From assembly GCA_028534125.1 (NCBI GenBank), contig CM052818.1, positions 14,076,001 through 14,140,000 of the forward strand: a DNA stretch of 64,000 nt, read 5' to 3'. A model generated the notes under the pieces. It worked only from the letters and a program-made list of their open reading frames with translations. It had not been told where the DNA came from and did not search any database. A program made the position numbers and the translations under genes. Source of the DNA: Lama glama. Its lineage: Eukaryota. Shown one piece after another: positions 1 through 12,768 of this stretch (within the stretch, counting starts at the first letter, position 1; the number at the start of each line of letters is the position of its first letter).

Positions 1-587
1 TCAGGATTTTCTTTTATGATTAATGCTTTCTGTGTGCTGTCCAAGACATCTTTGCCTACTCCAGGGTTGTGAAAATAGTCTGCTTTCTTCTAGAAGCTTC
101 AATTTTAGCTTTTATTTTTGAATCTATGATCTATCTTGAATTAATTTTGCCTATGGAAGAGTTATGGGTCTAGATTTATGTATATTTCCATATAGATACC
201 CAGTTTTCCCAGCAGAATTTTTTTGAAATAATTTTTTCAAAATTATCTATCTTGTCTATCTTTATTGCATTGCTTTGGTGCCTTTGTCAAAAATCAATTG
301 ACCACATAAGTGTGCCTATTTATGTACATGTATTTTGTTCTATTGATCTATCTGTCTATCCTTATGCCAATACCAGACTGTTTTGATTACTGTAGCTTTA
401 TGGTAAGTGTTCAAATCAGTGTGACTACTCCCAAGTTTTATCTTCTTTTTAAAAATTGTTTCATCCTTTGTAGGTCCTTTGTATTTCTATATGTTTTGGA
501 ATTGGCTTGTTCATTTCTACAAAATACCTCCTGGGAGTTGATTGGGATTGCATTGAGATTAGAGATTACTGTGTGGAGAAATGACAT

Positions 588-1025
588 TTTAGGGTTTGAG
601 ATTTTACCATATAACAAGCTAACCAGTTAGCCTGAATAGTTTAATGGATACTAGCAGTACATACAGATTCCTGGGCCAGAGTCAAAAGAACTTGATTACC
701 CACAGCAATGGTAACAGCTGGAATATCACATATTCTTGTGCAGGTTCCCTGAGCCCCATTTCCCACCAGGCAACGTGGAATAGGCCAAGTGACACTTGTA
801 CTTGCTGTGGGTTGTATTATAGGAGAGGAACCTTGAACTTAAAGAAACTAAATCTTACATTTTTCTGACTGTTGCTTAAGAGGGGGACGCTATCTTCATT
901 TCCAAGGCTGTTCACTGTATACATCTTCAAAAAGATAATCAGAAACAAAGGCAGTCAGTGCCCAGTATCTCTACTCACAGGATATGCAAAAACAGTAGAA
1001 ACTCATAGGGAACTCTTTCCTGACA
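588..1025. mobile_element. Solo LTR (ERVL-class, possibly MER54/MER73/MER74 group) inserted in the old L1
   Basis: L1 text breaks at ...aatgacatttt and resumes at ctgaacaatattgtcttccaatcc. The ~440-bp insert has different composition and ends in ...tgaca. Family assigned from memory. Confidence 0.55.
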
Positions 1026-3579
1026 CTGAACAATATTGTCTTCCAATCCATGTACATGATATATCTCACTGTTTCTCTCTATTCTTTAGATCTTTGATTT
1101 CTCTCAACAGCATTTTATATAGTTCAGTGTAGAGGTTTTGTACCTCTGTTGTTAAATTTACTCTTAAGTATTTTTTTGTTACTACTGTAAATGATATTTA
1201 AATTTAAAAAATTTTCCATTTGTTTGTTGCTAGTATATGGAAATACAGTGATTTTTGTATAATCATATCTATCCTGCATCCTTCCTAAATTCACTTACTA
1301 GCTCTAGTAGGATTTAGTAGATGTTTTTTGTTTGTTTGTTTTTTTACCATTGGGATTTTCTAACCACACAGTCCTGTTGTCTGCAAGGTAAGATTGTTTT
1401 AGTTTTTCCTTCTCATCTTCATGTCATAAATGTGGTGAGAAGGCAAGTGGATTTCTTGCTTTATTCTACATCTTGAGGAAAATTTGTTTAGTCTTTCACT
1501 TTTAAGTGTGATGTTAGCTGCATATGTTTCCTAGATGTTCTTACCTTTAGGTTGAGAAAATTTTCTTCTATTCCATTTGCTGAAAATTTTTATGAAATGG
1601 TGTTGAATTTTATCATTTTGGCCTCTATTGAGATAGATGGTCATATGACTTCTTTTTCAGGCTGTTAATATGGTAAATTTCATTGTTAAGTCTGTAAAAC
1701 ATTTTGGGAAGTGTTTGCCCCATTATATACTGAAAGAGTTGTGTAAGCGTCCTTTGATCTTTATAGAATTTACTAGTGAAGCCATCTGGCCTTGGAGGTT
1801 TCTTTGTGGAGAAGGTTTTAAATTACAGGTTTACTTTCTTTAAGTGATATAGGACTATTCAGATATTCTATTTCTGCTTGTGTCAATTTTGGAAATGTAT
1901 ACCTTTCAAGCAACTTGTCTATTTCATGTTTATGAGTAGACAAATAGGAATTGGTCCACTCACCTAAGTTGTCTCATATGTTGACATAAACTTATTCATA
2001 ATATTCTCTTAAGCTTTTAGGATTTATAATGGTAGTCTCTTTTTCATTTCCAATACTTGTTTTTCTCTCTTTTTCTTGATCATTTTAGGGATTATCAATT
2101 CTGTTGACCTTTTAATGAACCAGGTTTTGGTTTCATTGATTTTTCTCTATAGTTTGATTTTTTTCCTGTATCTTTTGTTTCTGCTGTTATTTATTGTCTA
2201 TTATTTGGGTTTAACTTGTTCTTTTTCTAGTTTCCTTAGATAGAAGCTCTAAATTTTGAATTTAATCCTTTTTTCTAAAAGCATTTAGAGCTGTAAATTT
2301 CTCTCAGAGCATTGATTTAGCTGTATCCTGCAAATTGCCATTATCATTTGATTTAAAATATTCTTTAATTTCCCCTGTGATATATTCTTTGATTCATGAG
2401 TTATTTAGAATTGTATATTTAATTTCCAAACTTTTGGAGATTTTCCAGGATTTTTCTGTTTTACTGATTTCAATTAATTCATGTGGTCAAAGAATATACA
2501 CTATATGATTTTAATCCTTTTAAATTTATTGAGATTTGTTTTATAGGCTAGGGCATGGTTTATCTTCGTGAATGTTCCATGTTACTTGAGAAGAATGTGT
2601 ATTCTGTTTTTGTTTGTAATGCTCTATAAAAGATAGTTCATTGGAGTGTTGTCTAAATTGTCTAAATCCTTACTTACTAGTGTGTATGTGTGTGTGTCTA
2701 GTGTATCAATTAACTGAGAGTTTTGTTAAAATTTTTAAATAAAATTTATAGATTTGTCCTTGTCTCCCTTTGGTTTTTGCTTCATGTATTTCCTTTATGC
2801 CTTTTCCATATACCTTTAGTGTTGTTGTATCTATTTAGTATTATATCCATTTACTTCTTTATCATTATCAAATTCCTCTCTTTATTTCTAGTAATCTCAA
2901 GATAATACTCCTTGTCTTTGACTCTACTTTGCTTGACATTAATATAGCCATTCTAGATTTTGTAGGATAAGTGCTTGAATGATACACCCTTTTACATTCT
3001 TTTACTTTTAACTTACCTGTATTTTTATATTTAAAGTGTGTATCCTGTAAGTGACACATAGTAGAGTTTTTATCCAGTCTAAAAACCTCTGCCTTTTAAT
3101 TGGGGACCTTTACTACATTCAGTGTAATTATTAATGAGTCATTTTAGTCTTTGTTTTCTCTTTGTCCCATCTGCTTATTTTTTGTGCTTCTATATATTCC
3201 TCCATCCTTTATGCTTTTGTCATACATTTTGCTTTTATGTATATTACTGTATATTGTAATTAAGCTTCAAAAATCAATTCTTGAAAGAAATTAAGAAATG
3301 AGAATACTTTGTCTACTCATGTATTTACTATTTCTTTAAAGAAATTAGGGAATGAGAATATTTTGTATCTACTCATATATTTACCATTTCTACGTTTATT
3401 CATTCCTTCATGAAAGAGTCAGGTTTCTATCTGATATCCTTTCCCTTCATTATGAAGAACTTCATTTAACATTTCTTGTTGTACAAGTCTCTTGGTGATA
3501 ATTACAGTTTTTGTTTTTATCTTTTGTTTATCTGATAATATCATTTGTCTTTATTTTTGAAGGATATTTTTGATTAATA

Positions 3580-4204
3580 CAGTCAACTTATTTGTGGTAG
3601 TTATGTTCTATAAAGTCACGGAAAACACTGAATTAGCAGATACTGAATCGTCTCTAGGGGAAATAACAGAGTTAGGTTCCTGTGAACCTCTACTCATAGC
3701 ATTTTTGTTACTGATCAGTATATAACTTTGTTTTAGGTGTGTTTCTATTTAAAGAAATAAATTAATATAGATTGTTGACTCTTTAACATTGAACTCAAGG
3801 CTAAGCGCAACAATGCTATAACTCGTGTCTGAATGAACCGTATCTAACACACACTCACGTGTTTCCTCTGTTAGGTACTTTACAGCCTTCTTGTGGTGAA
3901 GAACATTAGACGGCACTTAAGCACTGTGCTTAGGGGTCATACCAGAATCACCAACAAAAAGCATAAAAATCCAAACAGCAAGGCACTAAATGTACTGCTA
4001 AAAGAAAACTTGTTTACAGTCTGAGAGCCGAAATAAGAAGGTGTAGGGTTGCCTTAATTGACTTCATCTGAGAATGTATGTTGGGGACTGGAGTGCTTGG
4101 CTGCTCTGGATGTGTCCACTGCTGTAAGTACTGATTTTGGGGTAATCAATTTAGTGAGTAGGCCAATTGGCAAATTAAGAAATCTGAATTATGAGGGTTG
4201 ACTG
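3580..4204. mobile_element. MER82-like TcMar-Tigger DNA transposon
   Basis: Terminal inverted repeats cagtcaac...gttgactg, preceded by TA. Internal text gtagttatgttctataaagtc...acactgaattagc matches my recollection of MER82. Confidence 0.75.
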
Positions 4205-5137
4205 GATGCAATTCTAGGTTTTCAGTTTTTTTTTTTTATCATTTTAAAGTATTCTTTGGATTGCATTGTTTCCAGTGATAGGGTCAGGTCATTCTTTTTG
4301 TTGTTCACCTGACGTTTTCGTCTGTTTTTAAGAATTTCTGTCTTAGGTTTTCAACAACTTGATCTCTACAAAGTACATCTTTGTGGGGTTTTGTTTATTT
4401 ATCCTGCTTGGGGTTCATTGAGCTTCTTGTGTCTGTGGATTGGTATTTTCTGTCACAATTGTCAAATTTTAAGCCTTTATATCTTAAAATTTTCCTTGCT
4501 TCAGCCATTATTGTCTTTTTGGGGGACTCCAGTTATGTGTATACTTTAACTGATTGATTGTCTCATAGGTCATTGAGACTGTTCATTTTTTTTCCTCCAG
4601 CTCTTTTTTTTTTCCCCTTTTCTTTTCTTTTTTTCTTTTTCTTACTATGCTTCAGTTTGGATAGTTTCTCTTGCTCTTTCTTCAGGTTTATTAATCTTTC
4701 CTTCCCCACTGTCCAGTTTGCTTTTAAACTCATCTAGTGAATTTTTCTTTTGATTAATGTAATTTTCAGTTATGGCATTTGCATTTGGTTCTTTTTCTAG
4801 TCCATGTTTCTATACAAGATTTTCTATTCACTCATTGTCTGTTTTTTTACTGACATACTTAAGAACGTTTTAAAGCTATTTTAATTTACATTTTAATATT
4901 CACTAATTTAACATTTATACTCTTTGTTTATATTGGCTATTTTTTTCTAATTTATGCTCATTTTCTTGCTGCTTTTCATGTCCAGTAATTTTTTGCTTGG
5001 TACTGGTTGTCATGGATGTGGTGGTAGTTTTGTTCTGGCAGGCAATTGATTTGCTGGCAACTCATCTTGATCTTTTCAAGTCTTGATTTTAAAGTTAGGG
5101 TGGGTCTAGAGCAGTTACTGGCTGATTTTTTTTTTTT

Positions 5138-5285
5138 TAAGGGCTGAGAAGTAAATATTTTAGGCTTGTGGATCATACAGGTTCTGTCTTAACTACTCAT
5201 CTTTGCCTTTATAATGTAAAAGTAGCCATAGACAATGCATCACATGAATGGACATGACTTCTTCTGGTGCAACTTTGGCCCATGA
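5138..5285. mobile_element. MER58-like hAT fragment
   Basis: Characteristic phrases gtaaatattttaggcttgtg...aactactca...gccatagacaat. Confidence 0.55.
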
Positions 5286-5425
5286 ACCATATTGTACTGA
5301 CTCTTGGTCTAGAGTATCCCTTACTTTATGTATATAGCAGTCCCACTCTTAATGTGTACCTTTTCTGGAATCTCATTTTTATGCTTGGGGTGTTCATGAG
5401 ATCTCCACCCTGGCTGGCCAAAACT

Positions 5426-8400
5426 ATTGTTTTTGTTACTATTATTATTATTTTATATATTTTTATTGAATTATAGTCAGTTCACAATGTTGTGTCAATT
5501 TCTAGTGTACAGCACAATGCTTCAGTCTTATAGGAACATACATATATTCATTTTCATTATAGGTATAAGATATTGAATAGAGTTCCCTGTGCTGTAAAGT
5601 ATAAACTTGTTAATATATATATGTATAAAAGTATCTGCAAATCTCAAACTCCCAATTTATCCTTTCCTAACCCCTTCCCCGGCTAGTAGCTGTAAGTTTG
5701 TTTTCTATGTCTGTGAGTCTGTTTCTGTTTTGTAAATAAGCTTGTCTGTCTTTTTTTTTTTTTCAGTCCACATATAAGTGATATCATGGTATTTTTCTTT
5801 CTCTTTCTGGCTTACTTCATTTAGAATGACATTCTCCATGTCCATCCATGTTGCTGCAAATGACATTTTTATTTTTTATGGCTGAGTAGTATTCCATTGT
5901 ATAAATATACCACAGCTTCTTTATCCAGTCATCTGTCGGTGGACATTTAGGTTGTTTCCATGTCTTGGCTATTGTAAACAGTACTGCTGTGAACATGGGG
6001 TGCATGTGTCTTTTTGAATTAAGGTTCCCTCTGGATATATGCCCAGGAGTGGGATTTCTGGATCATAGGGTAAGTCTATTTTTCATCTTTTGAGTAATCT
6101 CCATACTGTTTCCCATAATGGCTGCAGCAAACTACATTCCCAACAGTAGTGTAGGAGGGTTCCCTTTTCTCTACACCCTCTCTAGCATTTATCGTTTGTG
6201 GACTTTTGAATGATGGCCATTCTGACTGGTGTGAGATGATACTTCATTATAGTTTTGATTTTCATTTCTCTGGTAATTAGTGATACTGAGCATTTTTTTC
6301 ATGTGCCTATTAGCCATTTGTATGCCTTATTGGAGAATTGCCTGCTTAGGTCTTCTGCCCATTTTTGGATTGGGTTGTTTGTCTTTTTCTTATTAAGTTG
6401 TGTGAGCTATTTATTCTGGAAATTAAGCCCTCATCAGTCTATCTTTTGCAAATATTTTTTCCCATTCTGTAGGTTGTCTTTTTGTTTTGCTTATGGTTTC
6501 CTTTGCTGTGCAAAAGCTTATACGTTTAATTAAGTCCCATTTGTTTATTTTGCTTTTATTTCTATTGCTTGGGTAGATTGCCCTAGGAGAACATTGCTGC
6601 GATTTATGTCAGATAATGTATTGCCTATGTTTTCTTCTAAGAGGTTTATAGTGTCTTATGTTTAAATCTTTAAGCTATTTTGAGTTTATTTTTGTGTGTG
6701 GTGTGAGGAGTGTTCTAACTTTATTGATTTACATGCAGCTGTACAGTTTTCCCAACACCATTTGCTGAAGAGACTGTCTTTACTCCATTGTATGCTCTTG
6801 TCTCCTTTGTCAAAGATGAATTGACCAAAAGTTTGTGGATTTATTTCTGGGCTCTATTCTGTTCCGTTAATCCATATGTCTGTTTTTGTTCCAATACTAT
6901 GCTATTTTGATTACTATAGCTCTGTAGTTTTATTTGAAATCAGGGAGCTTGAAATCCTCCAGCTTCATTCTTTTTCTTCAGTGATGCTTTGGCAATTCTG
7001 GGACTTCTGTGATTCTATGTAAATTTTAGGATTATTCTAATTCTGTGAAAAATGTCCTGGGTAGTTTGATAGGGATTGCATTAAATCTGTAGTTTGCTTT
7101 GGGTAGTATGGTCATTTTAACAATATTAATTCTTCCAATCCAAGAACATGGGATACCTTTCCATTTCCTTAAGTCATCTTTAATTTCCTTAGTCAGTGTT
7201 TTGTAGTTCTCCACATAAGTCTTTCACTTTCTTGGTCAGATTTATTCCTAAGTTTTTTTTTTTTTTGAATGCAGTTTTAAAAGGGATTGTTTCTTTACTT
7301 TTCCTTTCTTATATTTCATTGTTAATGTAAAGAAATGCCACTGATTTCTGTATGTTAATCTTGAATTCTTTTATTAGTTCTAATAGTTTTTGTGTGGAAC
7401 TGTTAGGGTTTACTATATATAGTATCATGTCATCTGCATATGACAATTTTACCTCTTCTGATTTGGATCCCTTTCATTTCTTTTTCTTGTCTAATTGCTA
7501 TGGCTGTGACTTCCAGTATATACTGAATAAAAGTGGTGAGAGTGGGCATCCTTGTCTTGTTCCAGATTTTAGCAGAAGGGCTTTCATTTTTCCACTGTTG
7601 AGTATTGGCTGTAGGTTTGTCATAAAAAGCTTTTATTATGTTTAGATATGTTCCTTCCCTACACACTTTGGTATGAGTTTTTATCATAAATGGGTGTTGA
7701 ATTTTATCAAATGCTTTTTCTGCATCTATTGAGATGATCATGTGTTTTTTGTCATTTCTCTTGTTGATGTGGTGTATCACATTGATTTGTGTATGTTGAA
7801 CCATCCTTGTGTCCCTGGGATGAACCAAACTTGATCATGTATGATCTTTTTTATGTGTTGTTGGATTCTATTTGCTAATATTTTGTTGAGGATTTTTGCA
7901 TCTATCTTCATCAATGATACTGGCCTATATAGCTTTCTTTTTTGGTAGTGTCTTTGTTTGGCTTTGGTATTAGGGTAATGGTGGCTTCATAGAATGAGTT
8001 TGGAAGTATTCCCTCCTCTTCAGTCTTTTGGAAGAGTTTGAGAAGGATTGATATGAGCTCTTCTTTGTATGTTTGATAGAATTCCCCATACACAACCTAA
8101 CCTACCACCTAAAAGAATTAGAAAAAGAAGAACAAGCAAATCCTTAAGTCAGCAGAAGGAAAGAATACAGATCAGGGAGGAAATAAGTAAGAGATTTAAA
8201 AAAAAAAAAGAAAAAAAAAACCAATGAAACCAAGAGCTGTTTTTTTGAAAGAGTAAAAATTGACAAACCTCTGGCCAGGCTCACAAAGAAGAAAAGAGAG
8301 TGCACAAATAAACAAAATAAGAAATGAAATGGAGAGATTGCAACTAACACTACAGAAATACAAAAAATCTTAACAGAACACTATGAACAACTATATGATA

Positions 8401-8591
8401 ATAAATTGGACAACTTAGCAGAAATGGACAAGTTTCTAGAAACATATAGTCCACCAAAACTGAATCAAGAAATGGATCATTTGAACAGACCAATCAATAG
8501 AAGTGAAATAGAATCAGCAATTAAAAAAATACCTCCCTGCAAACAAAAGTCCAAGAACAGATGGCTTTACTGGCGAATTCTGTCAGACATA
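5426..8591 (-). mobile_element. Younger 5'-truncated, 5'-inverted LINE-1 (3'UTR plus ORF2 remnant)
   Basis: Antisense remnants: 5817-6005 (C-terminal WKQPKCP...YTMEYYSA), 7032-7214 and 7430-7828 (RT, ISIDAEKAFDKIQHPFM), 7911-8093. Orientation flips at ~8090/8091; 8406-8603 is a sense remnant (DNLAEMDKFLETY). Confidence 0.92.
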
Positions 8592-10992
8592 CCAAACTTT
8601 TAGGTCAGGTCTTCCAGCACAGTCTGACCTCCAGAATACCCATTCAATTCACAATTCTATCTTAGATTTGCCTGCTGGGTCTTAGTAAGCCTTGGGCTGG
8701 ATATGTGCAGCATAGTATTCAGCCAGAGTTTTAAAGGGAACCTCTATCCAGATTTCTGGAGCTTCTTTTTCTCTGAAACTTGCCTTTGTATGTCACCCTG
8801 CCCTACAAGTTCCGGACAGCCTCCTCAGCTCAGCAAGAGTGCAGTATTCTTGGGCCCCTCTTCCATGTACTGTAAACAGAAAGTGCCTCCAGACAGAAAG
8901 CCTCTGGTGTGCCTCCCTCTTCTCAGGAATCACACCCTTGTACTGCCTGTGGTGCAGTGTCTCAGGATGGTTGCTTCATACATTTTGCCCGCTTTTACAG
9001 TTACGTTGGGTTAGCCTAATAAAATTACTTTTCTAGCTCGGAGCAAAAGTTCTTCTATTTGATATTAAATGTAGTTTATTTTCCTTGTTCTTTAAATTAG
9101 ATATGATTTTACTGACCAGTTATACTTTTGATTGATAAATTTTAAAATGAACAATTTCAAGGAAAATACTCAGTATAAGAATATGTGGACCTTGATTAGA
9201 TTGTGATAGCATACGTGTTTTTTGAATTGAGTAGTAATAAACTTAAAACTATGCCATTTTTACTTTTTAAAATAATGATTTACTTTAAAAAAAATCTCTT
9301 TAGTGAATAATTTTAAAACTGATTCTTATGTGATGGAAGTAATTAGCATTCAAAATATGTAGCCCTGAAACAGTCTAAACTTATATTCTAGTTTTAGGTT
9401 TAGGTAAGGAGAAGAACCTAGCATTAGGGCCAATTTGAGAAATAGATCATTTGGAAAATGTTTTTGTTTTGTGAATGGTGTGCATTTTTCATACTGTCAT
9501 TATAGGTAGTTCAGTGATTCTATTCATTTTACCGAGGGTAATAAGCAAATAATTGTATATCTGATTATAGTGACAAAGTTAAATTATAATTTTCTAGCTT
9601 TGTCATTAACTTAAGCTATGTGACCTTGAATAAGTTCATTCTCTGAGCGTAGGTAACTGGAAATGTGGGAAATTAACAAAAATAAGGGTAAGGACTTAAA
9701 ATAAGTTGTAAAGAAAATTAGTGAGGCTGAATATAGTGAATTTGAACTTCACTGGGTGTTAGCATTCAGCTATGAAGGAGGGGGAAGCATGGGTTTGGTT
9801 AGGAAGAAGTTTGGTTAGCATAGATGACATGTGAGGAGCTGTTGAGGTAAGTTTAGACAGGTAAATTGGGGCTGTATTGTGCAGGGCCTCATATCTGACT
9901 GACAGTTTTTGGTGTAACTCAGTGTATAACCAGGAGCTTTTAAATGTTTTCAAGCAAGAAAATATATAAAATTATCCTTTTAGCAATATTAATTTGATGG
10001 TTGTAGAGGAAAGACTTAATAGGAGATCTCTGGCTTCCCTTTTGCCTATTTTTTAGTGAAAACTTGGTAAGTTTTTAAAAAACATACCATTATGTTTTTA
10101 CTTACTGTACATATAATTAAATCCTTACTATTTATTTCTTCTGGCTCTCTGTTCATACAGCACAAATGAGATTGATGACCAAGGTTTTAATTTCATTCAG
10201 TAGTTAGAATTTGGCGTTATGAGTAGATCATAGAAAGGGGGACTTGTTTATCTTTCTTGTAAGCCTAGTATTATAAGTATGTACAACATACCTCAGTAAT
10301 TCAGAATGTTATACTTTTACTTAATATAGGATCTCTGATTATAAAATAGTTTATTCAGTTGTGAAAGTCAAGTCAGGGATTTTTTTTTTTTACAGAAAAA
10401 GGAAGAACAAAGTCAGTAGTTTTTTTCAAAACAAGAAATAAAAGGTTTTTAGGTGTTTTAGCCTTAGGATTTGGTAACTTTTATGATACATAAGTGTATC
10501 TACATATATGTACATTTTATAAAATCTCATAAGGCAGCATGTCTTACTGGTTTAGATGAGTGGCTCGTCCAACCTATTGTTCTAGGTTATAGGAGACTCT
10601 TAAATGGATTTCCCTTTACCACGTCATCTAAGAATCCTTTATATATGACATCATGCCTAGTATGAATTTGTCTAAAATTTGTGTGACATTGGGAGTTTAA
10701 CTCACCTATTCAAGAGGAGGAATGCCCTTGGAAGGCAAGTCTGTGTTCATGATAGTCACATCTCTGATTTTTTTCTATTGATCAGCCTTGTCTAGCTTGT
10801 TCTTCCAGACAGAAGTGTCCAGATTTGTTAGGTCGTCTATACTAAAGGAATACCTCCTGTCATCACTCAGGCTATTTCAGAATGTCTTTTGCTAGAGGCC
10901 TTTCTTTAGTGTAAACCACAGATCTTTAGCTGAAGCTATCCCAACTGCAGGTATCAAATGGCATCGTGCAAGGTTAATATACCAATACACAG

Positions 10993-11323
10993 AGTATTAG
11001 TTGGCTTGGGCTGCCTTACCCAAATACCATACACTAAATGGCTTAAGTAACATAAATTTTATTTCTTACAGTTATAAAGGCTAGGAAGTCCAAGATCAAA
11101 GTGTAGGCAAGTTAGGTTTCATTCTGAGGCCTCTTCTTGGCTTACAGGTGGCTGCCTTCTCACTGTGTGCTCATATGACATTTTCATGTGACCGTTGCTC
11201 CACCTTCATGACCTCATGTATTCCTAATTATCTCCGAAGGCCCCATTTCCAAATACAAGCACATTGGATCTTAGGGCTTCAACATAATGAATTTGGGGGA
11301 ATACAAACATTCAATTTATAGCA
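10993..11323 (-). mobile_element. MLT1A-like MaLR solo LTR
   Basis: Typical text gtattagt...gggctgcc...ggaagtccaagatcaa...ttagggcttcaacat...aacattcaat. Confidence 0.75.
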
Positions 11324-12014
11324 TATAACATATAGGGATTAAGAAAGTGGGCTCTGGAGTTGTTGCCTGAGTCTCACTACTTACTGAGTGAGCTACTTTA
11401 CTTCTCTGTCACTTGTTTTTTTTTTTTTTTAATCTGTTAAATGGAGGCTATTAACAATAACACTTAACAAAGGGTTGAAAGAAGTAAAATGGGTTCTTGC
11501 ATGTAAAGCACTTAGAATAACAAGTAGAGAATATTTGTGAATTCTGAAAGTGTTTTCTGAATTGAACATAATGCCAGTAAAAAAAGATTAAGCAAGAGTA
11601 GTTATTAATTTTATTCAAATGCATCTTTTAAATTTTTGGCTTGATAATGATAAGATAATTTACCTCTCTGAAAATGTGAGTAAAAGCTTTGGATGCAGTA
11701 TGATAAATGAAATTTAGTATCTTAAAACCAGTTTGGCTTATGAAGTTTCTTTAACATAAACACATTGCCTGTTGAAAAATGATAGGTTCTATAGATATCA
11801 TTTAATCAGCTTTATAATATATATGATAATTTGATCTGGATTAATGATGCTACTAATGGTACTACTTTTTCTTTTCTGTCCTGGCTTTTTCTCTGTAGGT
11901 AAAGTTTTGTGTTAACTCATTACAAACTGAACCCCTTGCTTGCTCCTCTTATCTTTAGTCTCCTTGCAACTCTGTCTTTATTTCTCCTGAGGTTATATTC
12001 TATTTGTTTTTCAG

Positions 12015-12071
12015 ATGAGACACTTTTTGCTCTTCCTGCTGCATCTGAGCCTGTGATACACTCCTCTGCAG
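12015..12071 (+). CDS. RTN4: RTN4 exon 2 (57 bp, (D)ETLFALPAASEPVIHSSA), used in Nogo-A and Nogo-B2
   Basis: Acceptor tttgtttttcag| and non-canonical donor CAG|gcaagt. Phase 1-1. Peptide matches known Nogo-A sequence. Confidence 0.95.
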
Positions 12072-12768
12072 GCAAGTTCTTCCTGCTAGCCTTTTATCCT
12101 CTGTGTATTCTAACTTTTAACTTTTTAGTTATGTTAACTCTGTGCCTAGTAGTTTGAGTATACTAAAATCAGCATGGTTCCAAGAATGTTTATCTACCGA
12201 CAAAGTTGAAATTTGCATTTTATATGCTATGACCAAGAGAGAAATGGGTAGAAACCCGATTAATAATTGGAAATTGTAAGGAATTCTTGGACCCTTGATT
12301 TACATTTACATATTGACTGGTCATTGTCACCAAGTGTAGTTCACTTGCTTATAGTTGACAGGCTTTCACAGAAATGAATGCCAGTCGATGGCATTTAATT
12401 GTCCAGGACCCTTTCTTTCCTATACTGCCAACCAAACTCTCTTCTCAATTCCTTGTTTCTTCCTCTCAAACTAGTTAAAAGTAATTTTTCTCATTTAATT
12501 GTACGCGAGGTTTTCCTCAAAGACTTGATGTCTCTGCATGGCATATAATTGCTTCTGTAGTCTTGCACATGTTTTATTGACAATAGTTTTAATTTTTTTC
12601 AGTAATGATTCAGTCTACTTGATGATTATTTATTAACTAAATGTTATTAGCATTTAATTTTAGTTAACAGTAAATCTTTACTAACACTATTTTGAATCTG
12701 TCATAAAACTTGGATTACCTCTGAGAACACTGGCATTCTCTAACTTTCCTTTTTGTCCATGGTCACAG

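Larger units (their letters stand above)
1..5420 (-). mobile_element. Old, degraded LINE-1 (L1M-type), antisense, interrupted by several nested insertions; probably resumes at ~8602-9050
   Basis: T-rich antisense L1 ORF2 phrases (ttttgattactgtagcttta, cttccaatccatg, gtgaagccatctgg). ORF-track remnant 2868-3059(-) resembles the L1 endonuclease N-terminus (CHLQDTHF...AILMSSKV). Confidence 0.8.

Noticed and set aside
5817..8603. RT/endonuclease-like ORFs as a functional retroelement or novel RT system
   Set aside because: They are frameshifted, truncated fragments of an ordinary L1 ORF2.
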